From Spirochaetota bacterium (lineage in GTDB: Bacteria > Spirochaetota > GWE2-31-10 > JAFGQB01), in the NCBI GenBank assembly GCA_016935915.1, contig JAFGQB010000034.1:44869-108868 (forward strand): DNA of 64,000 nt. The letters run 5' to 3'. The translations under genes were made by a program, and so were the position numbers. The notes beneath the pieces were generated by a model. That model was not told the origin of the DNA, did not search any database, and worked only from the letters and a program-made list of their open reading frames with translations. Numbering within the stretch: position 1 is the stretch's first letter; every line of letters begins with the position of its first letter. Below are positions 30,651 to 40,063 of the stretch, one piece after another.

Positions 30651-31397
30651 TTATTCATAATTTTCTGTATTTTTTATATCGGTCTCAACAATTTGACTGG
30701 TTAATCTAAGATAAGCATTTTTTGCAGCCTGTTTTTCAGCTGTCTTTTTGGACTTCCCCTGCCCATGTCCTAATGATTTATTTTTTACAAAAACTTCCAT
30801 ATAAAAATTTTTATTATGCTCAGGTCCGTCTTTTCCAATTAATTTATAAACCGGACATTCTTTATATTCCTTTTGAACATATTCCTGAAGCAATGTCTTG
30901 TAGTCTTTTTCATGCTTATCTTCTATTACAAGTTCAATTTCGGGTTTGAACAATTTTATTATTAAATTCTTGACCTTATTAAAATTTGAATCAAGATAAT
31001 AACTTGCTAAAAAAGCTTCAAAAGCATCGGAAATAATGGTTTTTTTATTTCTGCCCCCTGAACTTTCCTCGCCTTTCCCGATCAAAATATATCTATTTAA
31101 TCCGATTTTTTTTGCTATTTTCGTCAATGAAGTTTCACTGATTACAAATGATTTAATCCTTGCAAGATCACCTTCACTCAAATAGGAAAAATTAAAAAAC
31201 AGATATTCTGTAATAACAAATCCTAAAATTGAATCGCCAAGAAATTCTAATTTTTCATTATTTTCCTTTAAATTATTTTCATTGACATATGAACGATGAG
31301 AAAGAGCTAAATTTAATAATTTAAAATTTCTGAAATGAATATTTATGTTTTTAAGAATATCTTTTAAATTCTTTTTTCTTTTATCACTAACAAGCAA
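30651..31397 (-). CDS. rnc: Ribonuclease III.
   Basis: 248 aa. Catalytic signature ERLEFLGDSILG. C-terminal dsRBD (GHGQGKSKKTAEKQAAKNAY). Confidence 0.9.
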   Translation of the reverse strand: MLVSDKRKKNLKDILKNINIHFRNFKLLNLALSHRSYVNENNLKENNEKLEFLGDSILGFVITEYLFFNFSYLSEGDLARIKSFVISETSLTKIAKKIGLNRYILIGKGEESSGGRNKKTIISDAFEAFLASYYLDSNFNKVKNLIIKLFKPEIELVIEDKHEKDYKTLLQEYVQKEYKECPVYKLIGKDGPEHNKNFYMEVFVKNKSLGHGQGKSKKTAEKQAAKNAYLRLTSQIVETDIKNTENYE

Positions 31398-31461
31398 AAC
31401 AAGACTCTCTTCTAGTGAATTGAAAAATATTTTACTAAATTAAAAAAAGAATCTGTTTAAA

Positions 31462-31490
31462 ATTCAGATTCTTTTTTTAATATTTTTTTA
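31462..31490 (-). terminator. Hairpin with flanking A and T runs between acpP and rnc. Probably a terminator or attenuator.
   Basis: Perfect 9-bp inverted repeat AAGAATCTG/CAGATTCTT with a 9-nt loop. A6 lies upstream and T7 downstream on the plus strand, so it is U-rich after the stem on either strand. Confidence 0.5.
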
Positions 31491-31494
31491 AAAA

Positions 31495-31731
31495 TTATTT
31501 TTTATGATCTTCAATATATTTTACAGCGTCACCAACTGTTGATATTTTTTCAGCATCTTCATCAGGTATCTGAATATCAAAAGCTTCTTCTAATTGCATA
31601 ATTAATTCAACTGAATCCAATGAATCAGCGCCCAAATCCTCAATAAAAGAAGCATCCTCAGTTACTTTGCCTTCATCAACATTTAATCTTTCTACTATAA
31701 TAGATTTTACTTTATCAAAAATATCAGACAT
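31495..31731 (-). CDS. acpP: Acyl carrier protein.
   Basis: 78 aa. Phosphopantetheine attachment motif [13 protein letters not shown]. Confidence 0.9.
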   Translation of the reverse strand: MSDIFDKVKSIIVERLNVDEGKVTEDASFIEDLGADSLDSVELIMQLEEAFDIQIPDEDAEKISTVGDAVKYIEDHKK

Positions 31732-31788
31732 TAAAATCCCCCTTGTAAATTAGTACAAAAGCTAAAATAATTTATCAAATTGTTTTTG

Positions 31789-32820
31789 TCAATCTTTTTT
31801 TAGTAATTTTTTTGCATTATTTTTCATTTCATCAATATAATTCTTTTTAAATAAAATTTTTGAAAATTCAATGGCATTTATCAATTCTATTGCAGTACAT
31901 GCTCCATGTCCTACCATAACAAGCCCCTTAATCCCTAAAACAGGTGCAGCACCAAAATATTTCGGCAATATTTTATCGGTTAAAACCTTTTTCTTTTCAT
32001 TATAGAAACCAAACAAACTGAAACTATAAGACATCATATTCCGTATTTTTGATTTTGTTTTATTGTCAGAAAAAACATTTTTCAAAGTATCAATGAAAAA
32101 CTTTTTCATTGCTTCTGCGATTTTTAAAATTGAATTGCCTGTAAACCCGTCACAGACTACAATATCCACGCTCCCGTTAAAAACATTATATCCTTCAACA
32201 TTGCCTATGAAATTAGGAATATTGCTCATGACGGTAAAAGCTTTTTTCAGCAATAAAGAACCTTTTTCAAATTCACCTCCCATATTTAATAAACCGACTG
32301 AAGGATTGGATTTTTCCCATATTAGATTGTAATATATTATGCCTAAAATAGCATTGTGATAAAGATTTTCAACTTTCGCTTCAGGATTTACACCAATATC
32401 AATAATTAAAGTCTCTCCGCCGCCGATTCTTGGAAAAAATGTTCCCATAGCTGGTTTTTTTATTCCATCGATCATACCCAAATTTAAAACAGAAGAAACA
32501 ACTGTTGCTCCTGTGTTGCCTGGTGAGAAAAAGACATCAATTAAATTCTTTTTTATAAGTTTTATGCCGATATTTACAGTACAATTTTTTTTCTTATGAA
32601 TTGCATAAACAGGCTTTTCATGCATATAAATTATTTCATCTGCATGAATAATTTCAATGTTTTTAAAATTCTCAATTTCTGGAAAAGAATTTTTTATTTT
32701 TTTTGAATTTCCAATAATGATATATTGGATATCTGAATTATTTTGAATTGATTTGAATACTCCACGAATTAATTCCTGAAAAGGTCTTTCGCCTGATTCA
32801 ATATCAATCCCTATTCTCAA
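31789..32820 (-). CDS. plsX: Phosphate acyltransferase PlsX.
   Basis: 343 aa. N-terminal IGIDIESG block. Size, and the rpmF-plsX gene order. The ORF track uses a TTG start. Confidence 0.85.
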   Translation of the reverse strand: MRIGIDIESGERPFQELIRGVFKSIQNNSDIQYIIIGNSKKIKNSFPEIENFKNIEIIHADEIIYMHEKPVYAIHKKKNCTVNIGIKLIKKNLIDVFFSPGNTGATVVSSVLNLGMIDGIKKPAMGTFFPRIGGGETLIIDIGVNPEAKVENLYHNAILGIIYYNLIWEKSNPSVGLLNMGGEFEKGSLLLKKAFTVMSNIPNFIGNVEGYNVFNGSVDIVVCDGFTGNSILKIAEAMKKFFIDTLKNVFSDNKTKSKIRNMMSYSFSLFGFYNEKKKVLTDKILPKYFGAAPVLGIKGLVMVGHGACTAIELINAIEFSKILFKKNYIDEMKNNAKKLLKKD

Positions 32821-32822
32821 TA

Positions 32823-33002
32823 TTATTCCACCTCAACAACTAAATTCCCTTTATAATAACCGCAATGAATGCATGCTTTATGTGAAGGTGTTAATTCACC
32901 GCATTCTGTGCATTTAGTCATTTGAGGCAGGATGAGCTTCATATTTACCCTTCTCTGTCTTCTTGTTCTGCATTTTGATTTCTTATGTTTTGGTACTGCC
33001 AT
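32823..33002 (-). CDS. rpmF: 50S ribosomal protein L32. It is absent from the supplied ORF track because it is under 60 aa.
   Basis: My own translation of the minus strand gives MAVPKHKKSKCRTRRQRRVNMKLILPQMTKCTECGELTPSHKACIHCGYYKGNLVVEVE (59 aa). It has the MAVP(K/Q)(H/R)K start and the CxxC...CxxC zinc ribbon. It sits directly upstream of plsX. Confidence 0.8.
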   Translation of the reverse strand: MAVPKHKKSKCRTRRQRRVNMKLILPQMTKCTECGELTPSHKACIHCGYYKGNLVVEVE

Positions 33003-33029
33003 ATATTATTTTACCCTTTTCATTTAAAT

Positions 33030-33072
33030 TTACTAAAAAAAAGAATATATAATAATAAATAAAAATTGTCAA
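33030..33072 (-). promoter_or_regulatory. Candidate promoter for the rpmF-plsX operon.
   Basis: On the minus strand, TTGACA, a 17-nt spacer, then TATATT, about 30-70 nt upstream of the rpmF start. Confidence 0.3.
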
Positions 33073-33147
33073 TATTTATGATTCATCAAATATAAACAAC
33101 TTAATAATATATAATGTATATATGAAGGGGTGTTCAAATATGAAAAA

Positions 33148-33639
33148 TTAATTTTTTTTCAATTTCTTTAATAATTCTTCTTTAATAATTTGAGGAACTT
33201 TATCTGACACTTCTCCTCCGTAATTGATTATGTCTTTTATCAGCGTGCTTCTTAAATAAAAATATTTCTGGTCAGTTAAAATAAATACTGTTTCAACGTC
33301 ATTTCCCATTTCCCTGTTTGCCATGGCCATTTCAAATTCATATTCAAAATCAACAAGAGGCCTCAAACCCCTGATAATAAAATAAATATTTTTTTTCTTG
33401 CAGTAATCAATAGTGAGACCTTCAAAATCATCCACAATCACTTTTTCCGATAAATTCTCCTCTTTGATTACCTTATTTATCTGAAAAATCCTCTCATCAA
33501 GTGAAAATAAAGTGTTTTTCAAACTGTTTTTTGCAAGTAAAATTATAATTTTATCGAATATTTTTAAGCCTCTTTTAATTATGTCCAAATGTCCGAATGT
33601 TATGGGGTCAAAAGTTCCGGGATATAAAGCTGTTTTCAA
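33148..33639 (-). CDS. coaD: Phosphopantetheine adenylyltransferase.
   Basis: 163 aa. ALYPGTFDPITFGHLDII, the nucleotidyltransferase (T/H)xGH motif. Confidence 0.9.
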   Translation of the reverse strand: MKTALYPGTFDPITFGHLDIIKRGLKIFDKIIILLAKNSLKNTLFSLDERIFQINKVIKEENLSEKVIVDDFEGLTIDYCKKKNIYFIIRGLRPLVDFEYEFEMAMANREMGNDVETVFILTDQKYFYLRSTLIKDIINYGGEVSDKVPQIIKEELLKKLKKN

Positions 33640-33643
33640 AAAA

Positions 33644-35062
33644 TTATTCTCCTTTAGCTTTATTATTTAAGATAAATTTTTTATCTTTAAATTCCAAATA
33701 ATGATTATCCAAAACTTCTATGGCTTTTTTTAATTGCAGATCATATTCCAGATCAAATATATCTTTTTCTTCTTTATCTATTTCCGCTGCATTTTTAATT
33801 AATTTTTTTAAGCTTCTTGTGTTTAATTTATACCCCGAATTTTGTAATTCTGTGACAAGACCATTCAATTTTGCATCATCCAGATTCTTTTTACCTTCCA
33901 ATATTTTATCAATTGCCTTATCTGTATAAATCCTTTTTAATACAAGCTTTTCTTCATCCGTAAGTTCCGGATCTTTTACATTGATATCAGGTGTAATGCC
34001 TACTCCTTCAATTGATACTCCTGATGGCGTATAATATTTTGCAATTGTCAGTTTAAATCCTTCATTAATATCAAGCTGATAAATTGATTGAACAGAACCT
34101 TTACCATAACTTTTTTCTCCGATTAAAATAGCTCTGTTATTATCTTTCATTGCTCCTGCAAAAATTTCGGAAGCGCTTGCAGATCCGCTGTCAATTAAAA
34201 CAATTAATGGAACATCATCTTTTATAAGAGTAGTGAAAAATTTCGCTTTGTTTACCACATTTTCTTCTCTTCCGACCGTTGAAACAATGATACCGTCCTT
34301 TAAAAAATAATCAGAAATTTCAATTACGGAAGACAATAAACCTCCCGGATTATATCGTAAATCTACAATAATGCCCTGTACATTTTTATCATTAAAATCC
34401 TTTAAAGCTTTATCAACCTTTTCTGCTGTTGTACCTGAAAACTCCGTTATTCTTAAATATCCATATTTATTATTAATTAAAGAATATTTTACTGTAGGTA
34501 AAACAATATTTGCCCGTGTAATTTCCAAAGTATATGTTATGTCTCCGCTCAAAATTTCAACCTTTACTATAGTACCTGCAGGACCTCTCAACATATTAGC
34601 AGCCTCATCTGTTGAAACACCTTTTAATGATTTCCCGTCAACAGATAATATATAATCTCCAGCTTTAATTCCTTTTTTATATGCAGGAGTACCCTCCATC
34701 GGCGCAATAACAATTATCAAATCATTTTTTTGTGAAATATGCATTCCAACACCGCCGTATGTACCAGAACTTGTTGTGCTCAACTGTTTCCAGTATTCTT
34801 CTGAAAGATAACTTGTATGAGGATCATTAAGCGCTTTTAATAAACCGTCAAGAGCACCGCTTATTAATTTATTTTCATCTATTTTCTCAAAATCTATATA
34901 ATCTCTTTCTATTATAGAAAATACAGTTGATAGTTTTCGTTTTAATTTTTGTTCAGCATCCCCGATTGAAGCATTGGCATTTTTCACCAGAAAGCCGAAT
35001 ATTCCCAAAAATAATAAAAATACAGTTAAACTTATCCATATAAATCTTTCATATTTTTTCAC
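33644..35062 (-). CDS. ctpA: Carboxyl-terminal processing protease (S41 family) with a PDZ domain.
   Basis: 472 aa. Signal/TM N-terminus. PDZ segment. Catalytic Ser block LIDSGSASASEIFAGA. A Lys lies downstream. Confidence 0.85.
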   Translation of the reverse strand: MKKYERFIWISLTVFLLFLGIFGFLVKNANASIGDAEQKLKRKLSTVFSIIERDYIDFEKIDENKLISGALDGLLKALNDPHTSYLSEEYWKQLSTTSSGTYGGVGMHISQKNDLIIVIAPMEGTPAYKKGIKAGDYILSVDGKSLKGVSTDEAANMLRGPAGTIVKVEILSGDITYTLEITRANIVLPTVKYSLINNKYGYLRITEFSGTTAEKVDKALKDFNDKNVQGIIVDLRYNPGGLLSSVIEISDYFLKDGIIVSTVGREENVVNKAKFFTTLIKDDVPLIVLIDSGSASASEIFAGAMKDNNRAILIGEKSYGKGSVQSIYQLDINEGFKLTIAKYYTPSGVSIEGVGITPDINVKDPELTDEEKLVLKRIYTDKAIDKILEGKKNLDDAKLNGLVTELQNSGYKLNTRSLKKLIKNAAEIDKEEKDIFDLEYDLQLKKAIEVLDNHYLEFKDKKFILNNKAKGE

Positions 35063-35245
35063 AATATTGTTCCTTAAATAAAATTTAATTAATTTTATAA
35101 TAAAAATTTAAAAAATAAATAACAATTACAATAATTTTATACTAATTAATTCCATTATGATTATGTTAATAAATGAAAATGCCATGTTTTAAAAAATATT
35201 TTATTTTATTAAATTTCGATTGAAATTCGTAAAATTCGATTAAAA

Positions 35246-35518
35246 TCATTTTAATTTTTCTTTAATCTCTTTTTCTTTTTCATTTAAAAAACTCAACAAT
35301 TGACTAAACTGTTCAGAGTTTACAGTTATACCCTTTTTTGTAGGTTTCCAATCTTCACCTTCCTGATAATATTTCCTTATATCAAGGAATTTAACATTTT
35401 TAAAATTACTGATATTAATAAATATAGGTTCCCTTACAGAAGGCTCGCCGTTTTCATCTATTCCTATTGTTCCCAATTGATTTAAATCATCTGACATATA
35501 TAGCTCCTGAAATTTCAA
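35246..35518 (-). CDS. Small PC4/p15-like single-strand DNA-binding family protein. Tentative.
   Basis: 90 aa. The segment ...FLDIRKYYQEGEDWKPTKKGITVNSEQFSQLLSFLNE resembles bacterial PC4-fold proteins. Weak. Confidence 0.35.
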   Translation of the reverse strand: MKFQELYMSDDLNQLGTIGIDENGEPSVREPIFINISNFKNVKFLDIRKYYQEGEDWKPTKKGITVNSEQFSQLLSFLNEKEKEIKEKLK

Positions 35519-35627
35519 AATATAACTTATAAATTATAAAAAGGAAGTACTTTCCCTTATCAACAAACAATTATATTAATATTTTATCATATTAATTAAT
35601 AATTTCAATTTTAATTTATAAATATAT

Positions 35628-37298
35628 TTATTTATGAGTCATTGTTGTTGTGCCATCCCAGTCAGTGCTTGGAGGATACTGCTTAAAATATTTTATCTGC
35701 TCCAAATATTTAATTGTTATATAGTCATTTCTCATTGCATCCAGAACTTTAATAAAAGTCCTTTCACTTTCATTCCAATCTCTGGTTAAAAAAAATGATA
35801 CTGCTTTATTGTACATTGTCCATGCGGCTTTCTGTTTATTTGTCAATTTTCTTGCAGGCTGCCAAATCTTTACAGGTTTTAATTTACCTTTTACTCTTAC
35901 TCTGTCTATTTCTCTGAAATAAAAATAATTCTTTACAGCATTTTTTGTGTTATCAGATACTATTATCGGAATTTTATACTCTTTGGTCAGACTTTCTAAT
36001 CTTGAGGCTAAATTTACAGCATCACCGATAACAGTATAATCCATTTTTTGGGAAGTCCCAATATTTCCGACAGTCACAGGTCCGTAATTAATGCCGACGC
36101 CTATATCAAATTCCTTGCGTTTTTTTTCTATCTGGCTTTTATTAAAATCTTCAAGATTTTCAAGCATTTCTAGTCCTGCCAGAACTGCCTGCTGTATATC
36201 ATCCCCATATTCTTTCGGAGCTCCGAAAACAGCCATTATTGCATCGCCGATGTATTTATCAATGACTCCCCTTCTTTTATATATGATATCAACCATAATG
36301 GTAAAATAACTGTTTAATGATTCCACCAGAACATCAGGAGCCATGGATTCGGAAATTGTGGTAAAACTTCTGATATCTGAAAATAGAACTGTTACATCCT
36401 TATCCCTGCCTTCCAGTAGATTTGTTGGGTTATGGACTATTTCATCAACAACATCCTGAGGCACATATTTCTGGAACATTATTTTGATTCTTTCCTCTTT
36501 TTTTTGCGCCAAAACAGACTGATAAGCATACTCTTTAATCTGATTATAAGCGGTTTCCAGCTCTTCAAGCATATTGTTGAATGTGAATGCAAGCTCCCCG
36601 ATTTCATCATTAAATAAAATCGGAACCCTTTTTGAAAGATCGTTCAACTTGATTATATCATTCATTGCAGATACTACATTTTTCAGAGGTTTAAAAAGAT
36701 AATTTATAAAAAAAAACAAAAGAATTATAAGCAAGCCGGCACTTATGATCAATATAATTGTTGAATTTTGAACAATTTGATTAGCATCTTTATAAAACAT
36801 CTTTGTATGAACGGATAACAGGAAATACCAGTCCCATTCTTCAAAATATCTGTAAAAACCAACTTTTTCAAAACCTCTTATTTTGAATTTCACCCAGCCT
36901 TTATCTGAATATTTCATCTGGTTAAAAAAATCGATTTCTGAACCTGTTGAAAAAAAAGGATCGGTTGACATCTTAACAATACCGTTAGAATCAACCGCTA
37001 TAACCGACTCAATCTGAGGCTTAGTGATATTTGAAGAATATTCCTCTACATTATGTTTAATCGAGTTGATATAAATTTCCCTGTTTCCTTCAAAATCCCT
37101 AAGATTCAGCTCTTCCAGACTTTCCAGCTCGCTTTGCGCCCTTTGTAATATCTGATTAATCTTATAACCCAATAATTCTCTGGCAACCTTATCAATACCG
37201 CTTTTTGCTAAACCAAGCGATATTACAGCTATTAAGATCATACTCACCAAAAAAAGAGGCAATGCAACAATCAATATTTTATATCTTATACTGAACAA
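35628..37298 (-). CDS. Membrane-bound class III adenylate/guanylate cyclase with a HAMP domain.
   Basis: 556 aa. Two TM helices flank a periplasmic segment. HAMP-like linker. Cyclase core VTVLFSDIRSFTTISE...DKYIGDAIMAVFGAP...VGINYGPVTVGNIG. Confidence 0.8.
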   Translation of the reverse strand: MFSIRYKILIVALPLFLVSMILIAVISLGLAKSGIDKVARELLGYKINQILQRAQSELESLEELNLRDFEGNREIYINSIKHNVEEYSSNITKPQIESVIAVDSNGIVKMSTDPFFSTGSEIDFFNQMKYSDKGWVKFKIRGFEKVGFYRYFEEWDWYFLLSVHTKMFYKDANQIVQNSTIILIISAGLLIILLFFFINYLFKPLKNVVSAMNDIIKLNDLSKRVPILFNDEIGELAFTFNNMLEELETAYNQIKEYAYQSVLAQKKEERIKIMFQKYVPQDVVDEIVHNPTNLLEGRDKDVTVLFSDIRSFTTISESMAPDVLVESLNSYFTIMVDIIYKRRGVIDKYIGDAIMAVFGAPKEYGDDIQQAVLAGLEMLENLEDFNKSQIEKKRKEFDIGVGINYGPVTVGNIGTSQKMDYTVIGDAVNLASRLESLTKEYKIPIIVSDNTKNAVKNYFYFREIDRVRVKGKLKPVKIWQPARKLTNKQKAAWTMYNKAVSFFLTRDWNESERTFIKVLDAMRNDYITIKYLEQIKYFKQYPPSTDWDGTTTMTHK

Positions 37299-37893
37299 TT
37301 TTTATTCCTGTGTTTTTATTGAAAAAAAATCAATAAAAAGTTTCATGCTGATATTAAAAAATCGGTTTTTTCCCATTATAACTTCATTATTTTATTAAAT
37401 CAATCAAATTCATTTTAATTTATTTTACCACGTTATTTTGGCGATGTGTACATTCGGAAAAATACATTGGAAGTGATGTATATTAAAATGAAAATTTTAT
37501 GTTATTTATAAAAAAGTCATTTTTATATAAAAAGTATTGATAAATATTTAATTTAATCTATTTTTATTTTTTAACCATTTATGAATATTATCATTATATT
37601 TTTTTTAAATATAAAAAATATCTTTTCCCTTTATATGACATAAAATACATGCTTTAATCAATATTGAAAAACATAATTTTTCCGGTTTTGAATTTTTGCG
37701 CAAAAAAATGATGTATTGCTCCTATAAGAAGTAATAATTATATAATTAATTTTATTTAATTTGAATTTAAATAGTATTAACCTAATAAAACAATGAATTT
37801 GAGTATAAATTTAAAAAATTTTTAAAAATTTACAAAATTTTACTTGTTTTTAAATAAATTTTGATATATAATTTTTTATAAGGGAGGGGGATT

Positions 37894-38595
37894 ATGGATA
37901 ATAATCTAAATTTTATTTATAATTCATTACTCGATGAGGATGAATTAACAACTGTAAGTTCTGAAAAAAACAATTCAATTACATTGGCAAATGATCCGGA
38001 TTTTTGCAATGACATCAGTTCACAAAATTTACCTTTAACTCTTGTTGAAATTGAATTACAGCTGGACAGATTAAAAAGAAAATGGAACGAATATACTTAT
38101 TTGATAGGTCAAAGATTAAAATTCATCAATGACAATCGTCTTTTTGAAGAAAAAGGTTATTCCAATTTCGGCACTTATGCTCAGGTTGCATTAAAAATGT
38201 CTGAAAATAACGCATATTATTACATTTCTATTTTTGAATTTTTTACTGAAGAGCAGACCCAACTGGCAGGTTCAAAACTTAAGCTTTTACTTCCAATCTT
38301 GAACAAATTAAAAAGAGACAAGGAAATTCCTGATGATTTAAGAAATGAAAGAATCAAAGATCTTCGAAATGAACTTTACTTAAAAATTTGTAATAAATCA
38401 TACAGAGAAGCGGAAGATATCATTAAAGATTTAAGAAAGAAATATTTCACAAAAATAAATGAATTTGAAAATATCAATAATAGTATTAATGATAAAAAGA
38501 TCATCATTAAAAAAGACAGGGTGATCATAATGGAAAAAGATAAAGATTTGCAGCTTGAATTAGTTAAATTAATCGAGAACTTTTATAATTTATAA
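37894..38595 (+). CDS. Hypothetical acidic protein, possibly HTH-containing, isolated in a gene-poor AT-rich island.
   Basis: 233 aa. Very strong RBS AAGGGAGGGGGA. HTH-like segment GYSNFGTYAQVALKMSENNAYYYISIF. K/E-rich C-terminal coiled coil. Confidence 0.5.
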   Translation: MDNNLNFIYNSLLDEDELTTVSSEKNNSITLANDPDFCNDISSQNLPLTLVEIELQLDRLKRKWNEYTYLIGQRLKFINDNRLFEEKGYSNFGTYAQVALKMSENNAYYYISIFEFFTEEQTQLAGSKLKLLLPILNKLKRDKEIPDDLRNERIKDLRNELYLKICNKSYREAEDIIKDLRKKYFTKINEFENINNSINDKKIIIKKDRVIIMEKDKDLQLELVKLIENFYNL

Positions 38596-38872
38596 GTTCT
38601 CTGTTAAATATTAATATTATTCGATATAATTATTAAATATTATAAAAAATTTAATATAATTAAACAAAAATAATTTAAATTTTTGTCATTATATTAGATA
38701 TTATGTCTTATTTCTTCTAAATCACATAAATCTGTTTTAAATAATAATATCTGAATATTTTTTTTGACATAATATAAAATATGAAAAAAAAAAATAATAA
38801 AAAATATGTTAACAAAATCAATAAATTATATTAAAAATACATTAATTTATGTAAAAAATAATTGAGGTATTT

Positions 38873-39571
38873 ATGAATGTAATTGAAACAGAAAAAGAAA
38901 TTGCAGGAAAAATTGCCGCTGATTTTATTAAAAGTGACATGATAGTTGGTTTGGGTACAGGATCCACGGTAACATATGCTATCAAGGAAATAGGAGAAAG
39001 AGTTAAAAAAGGTTTAAAAATCAAAGCTGTTTCCACTTCAAAATCAACTTCAATAATGGCTCAAAAACTAAATATACCTCTAATATCAATCGATCAAGTT
39101 GATTCAATTGATCTAACCATTGACGGTGCTGATGAAATAGATCCAAATTTTAACGGTATCAAAGGGGGCGGAGGGGCTTTGCTTGTAGAAAAAATAATTG
39201 CTTCAATATCCAAAGAAAACATCTGGGTTATTAATTCAAATAAATTAGTTAATAAGCTTGGAAAATTTCCTTTGCCCATTGAAGTTGTACCTTTTGCTAT
39301 AACCACGGTTATGAAAAGACTTGAGAAAAAAAATTTCAAGCCCAAAGTTAGAAAATTAAATGATATGTACTTTATAACTGATAACAATAACTATATTATT
39401 GATTTGTATTTAGGATCCATTAAAGATCCTAAATGTCTTGAGATAGAATTAAATATGATACCAGGCATAATCGATAACGGGCTTTTTTTGAACATTGTTG
39501 ATACAGTTGTCGTAGGTAAAAACAATGAATATGAAATTTTGGAAAATAAATTTAAGGCAAAATTTTTTTAA
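38873..39571 (+). CDS. rpiA: Ribose-5-phosphate isomerase A.
   Basis: 232 aa. IVGLGTGSTV and DGADEID motifs. GGGGALLVEK block. Confidence 0.9.
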   Translation: MNVIETEKEIAGKIAADFIKSDMIVGLGTGSTVTYAIKEIGERVKKGLKIKAVSTSKSTSIMAQKLNIPLISIDQVDSIDLTIDGADEIDPNFNGIKGGGGALLVEKIIASISKENIWVINSNKLVNKLGKFPLPIEVVPFAITTVMKRLEKKNFKPKVRKLNDMYFITDNNNYIIDLYLGSIKDPKCLEIELNMIPGIIDNGLFLNIVDTVVVGKNNEYEILENKFKAKFF

Positions 39572-39584
39572 TAGGACATTAATA

Positions 39585-39977
39585 ATGGATGATGTAACAA
39601 TAATTATAGGCAGTAAAAATGATATGCCTTTGCTGGAACCATTGAAAGAAAAACTTACAGAATTAAAAATAAATTATTCAATTAAAGTTTATTCTGCACA
39701 TAGAAATTTAATTGAATTATTGGACTTTTTAAAATCAAATAAAACAAAAGTATACATAACAGCTGCCGGGCTTGCTGCAGCTTTACCCGGAGTTGTAGCA
39801 TCACAGGTAAAAGAACCGGTAATCGGAGTACCTTTAGTGGTAGGTGAATTAAAAGGCATAGATGCTTTGCTGTCTATTTTACAAATGCCTAAAGATGTTC
39901 CGATTGCAACAATGGGATTAGGCAAGCAAGGTTTGATAAATGCAGGTCTTTTAGCAGGAAGAATTTTAGGAAAATAA
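39585..39977 (+). CDS. purE: N5-carboxyaminoimidazole ribonucleotide mutase (PurE family).
   Basis: 131 aa from the ATG at 39585. IIIGSKNDMP (the GSxSD P-loop equivalent). KVYSAHR block. AAGLAAALPGVVAS and VIGVPL blocks. The tracked ORF start at 39525 overlaps rpiA and is probably spurious. Confidence 0.7.
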   Translation: MDDVTIIIGSKNDMPLLEPLKEKLTELKINYSIKVYSAHRNLIELLDFLKSNKTKVYITAAGLAAALPGVVASQVKEPVIGVPLVVGELKGIDALLSILQMPKDVPIATMGLGKQGLINAGLLAGRILGK

Positions 39978-40063
39978 TTTTTAAATTTTACTTATTTATT
40001 TCACTTTTTCAAATTTTATTATATAATTTTATTTATAATATATTAATTTTTTTATTAAAAAAA

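Noticed and set aside
39525-39584. Upstream start for purE at 39525 as given in the ORF track.
   Set aside because: It would overlap rpiA by 47 nt and add a non-conserved N-terminal extension (MNMKFWKINLRQNFFNRTLI). The ATG at 39585 is preceded by TAGGA and begins exactly at the conserved PurE N-terminus.
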